From the human T2T-CHM13v2.0 reference genome, Homo sapiens, in the NCBI RefSeq assembly GCF_009914755.1, contig NC_060940.1: DNA of 64,000 bases; one strand, given 5' to 3'. The notes beneath the pieces were generated by a model that ran no database searches, was not told the DNA's origin, and saw nothing but the letters and a program-made list of their open reading frames with translations. The translations under genes were made by a program, and so were the position numbers. Shown piece after piece: positions 62,203 through 64,000 of this stretch. Positions within the stretch are counted from its first letter, which is position 1. Every line of letters starts with the position of its first letter.

Positions 62203-62770
62203 TGAGATTCCAGAACTGACGTGCAAAAAATGTGCAAAAGGCCTCCTGAACTGTAGCCCGGGCCAGTCCTGGCCCGCATGTCCATGTGAGGGCTGGTTTG
62301 CCTCCATCCTCCTTGTGCATGTGACCCCAGCTGTGGGCTTATGTGGACCGGATGAATGTGACTGTAGTTACACCTAGATCACAAACAACATCTGAGAGGA
62401 GGTGATGCCTCTGATCTCTATCAGACCACGAGGAAACTAGAGAGTATGGAGTCTACTCCAAGTGCTGGGCTAGGCCCCAGCCTTATGGCTTATGCTGGGA
62501 TCTCAAATTCCAGGCCACACTGGGCTACCCATGTAAGGTCAATGAGAGAAGTAGGCCAGGTGGGGGCAGAGGCAAATTAGAACAAGCCCATTCACCCTAA
62601 CAGAGGTGATCCATTCTCAGCGCCAATCATTTTACCATGGGGAATGCATTCCAAGTTGCTCAGTCTTCTGGTTTTCCAGAAGACTCCAGAAATACTTATT
62701 CTTATGGGCATTATCCCAATTTTAAAATGGTTACAAATTCACATTTGTAAAAAAATAAGCTGTATGTGAG

Positions 62771-63219
62771 TGTACTGGGTTAAACGGCATCCCTCCAAAA
62801 TCATGTCCACTCAGAATCTCAGAATGTGATCTTATTTAGAAATACAGTCTCTGCAGATATAATTAGTTAAATTAAGATGAGTTCATACTGGGTTAGAATG
62901 GGCTAGAAATCCAATGACTCATCTTCTCCTAAGGCCATGTGAAGACATGCAGGAAGGTCACGTGCTGATAGAGGCAGGGACTGCACTGGTGCATCTACAA
63001 GCCAAGAAACACCAAGGAACGCCAGCAGCAACTGGAACCTAGGAGAGAGCCATGGATGCTTCTCCAGATCCTCTAGAACCAACCAACCCTGCTCATGCCT
63101 TGAGTGTGGACTTCTGACCTCCAGAACTCTCATTCTCCAGGACGAGAGAATAAATTCATGTTGTTTTAAGCCACGCTGGTTGAAGCGATTTGTTATGGTG
63201 GCCGTAGGGAACTAAAACA
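62771..63219 (+). mobile_element. MLT1B/C solo LTR
   Basis: tgtactgggttaaacggcatccctccaaaa...tctgacctccagaact...gggaactaaaaca. Confidence 0.8.
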
Positions 63220-63799
63220 AAGAGCCAAACCCACCAGGGCTGCGAGAGGAATGTGCCCAACTGTCCTTCCCATGATCACAGGATCATGCTCTTGATCCTG
63301 TCCCTGTCCACCTCCTCGTCTGAAGCTTGACTGATTCACTTTCTCCCTTGCATTGCTGCCTGTCCACTATGCTGGCCTCCATCCTTCCTGGGCTAGTTCC
63401 GATGTCCCCATTTTAACAGCATTTCCTGATATTGGCCACTCTAAGCCTTCCGTGAGCAGTAGATGGTCCTGCTCTGCACCCTGAAATCTGCCTGCTGTCT
63501 GTCAGTCAACTGGAGTTGTTTTCCAAAGGAAGCTGATGAGAAAATCCAAAGGCTTGTCTTCATCCATTCTCCGTTTTTCTTCCAGAGCTTCCGACAGCTG
63601 GAGGCCGCCTCCTCTTTTTGGAATACCCTGCTCTTTTGGCAGCCCTGGTCCTGCCCTTCCAAGGTCATCTGAGCACCTTTCATCACTTCCCTTGGCTCCG
63701 TGATAGCCTTTTCTTTCATCCTCCGGTCCCTTCAATGTAGGCATTTCAGGCCTATTCTCTTCTCTATGCTTTAAATAAGCTAACTCAGTGGCCCTCAAC

Positions 63800-63991
63800 T
63801 GGAAGTGATATAGCCCCCTAGATACATCTATCAATATCTGGAGACATTTTTCATTGCCACAACTGGGTGACCCTGTACTACCGGCACCTAGTAAGTCGAG
63901 GCCAAAGGCATCCAAGGGGCACAGGATAGCACCTGACAATAAAGAATGATCCAGCCCAAAGTGTCAACAGGACCACAGTTGAAAAACCCTG
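63800..63991 (+). mobile_element. MER20
   Basis: tctggagacatttttcattgccacaactggg...gttgaaaaaccctg. Confidence 0.8.
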
Positions 63992-64000
63992 AGCTAACAG

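Overview
This is human (primate) genomic DNA, not prokaryotic. The whole window lies inside XYLT1 (xylosyltransferase I), which is transcribed on the minus strand. Only two coding exons are present: 33471-33643 (173 bp) and 31200-31402 (203 bp). Both have GT-AG boundaries and splice in frame to encode the start of the GT14/GT-A catalytic domain; from memory of the gene model they are exons 4 and 5. The rest is intron, dense in Alu, L1, L2, MIR, MaLR/ERVL solo LTRs and MER DNA-transposon fossils, plus a 31-bp minisatellite and several microsatellites. Nearly all other ORFs in the track are repeat-derived or chance. I found no new gene system. The most interesting signals are: (1) three short (110-170 bp) dispersed direct duplications 1.2-4.4 kb apart that look like local templated insertions; (2) an Alu with a twin-priming-type 5' inversion; (3) an L1PA fragment with a 35-38 bp target-site duplication (TSD); (4) two DUX4-motif LTRs, each pointing antisense into an exon; (5) inverted Alu pairs bracketing both exons, suggesting circRNA potential; (6) a recursive-splice-like exon start; (7) candidate CTCF, HSF and NF-kB elements. 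Repeat subfamily calls and edges were made by eye and are approximate.
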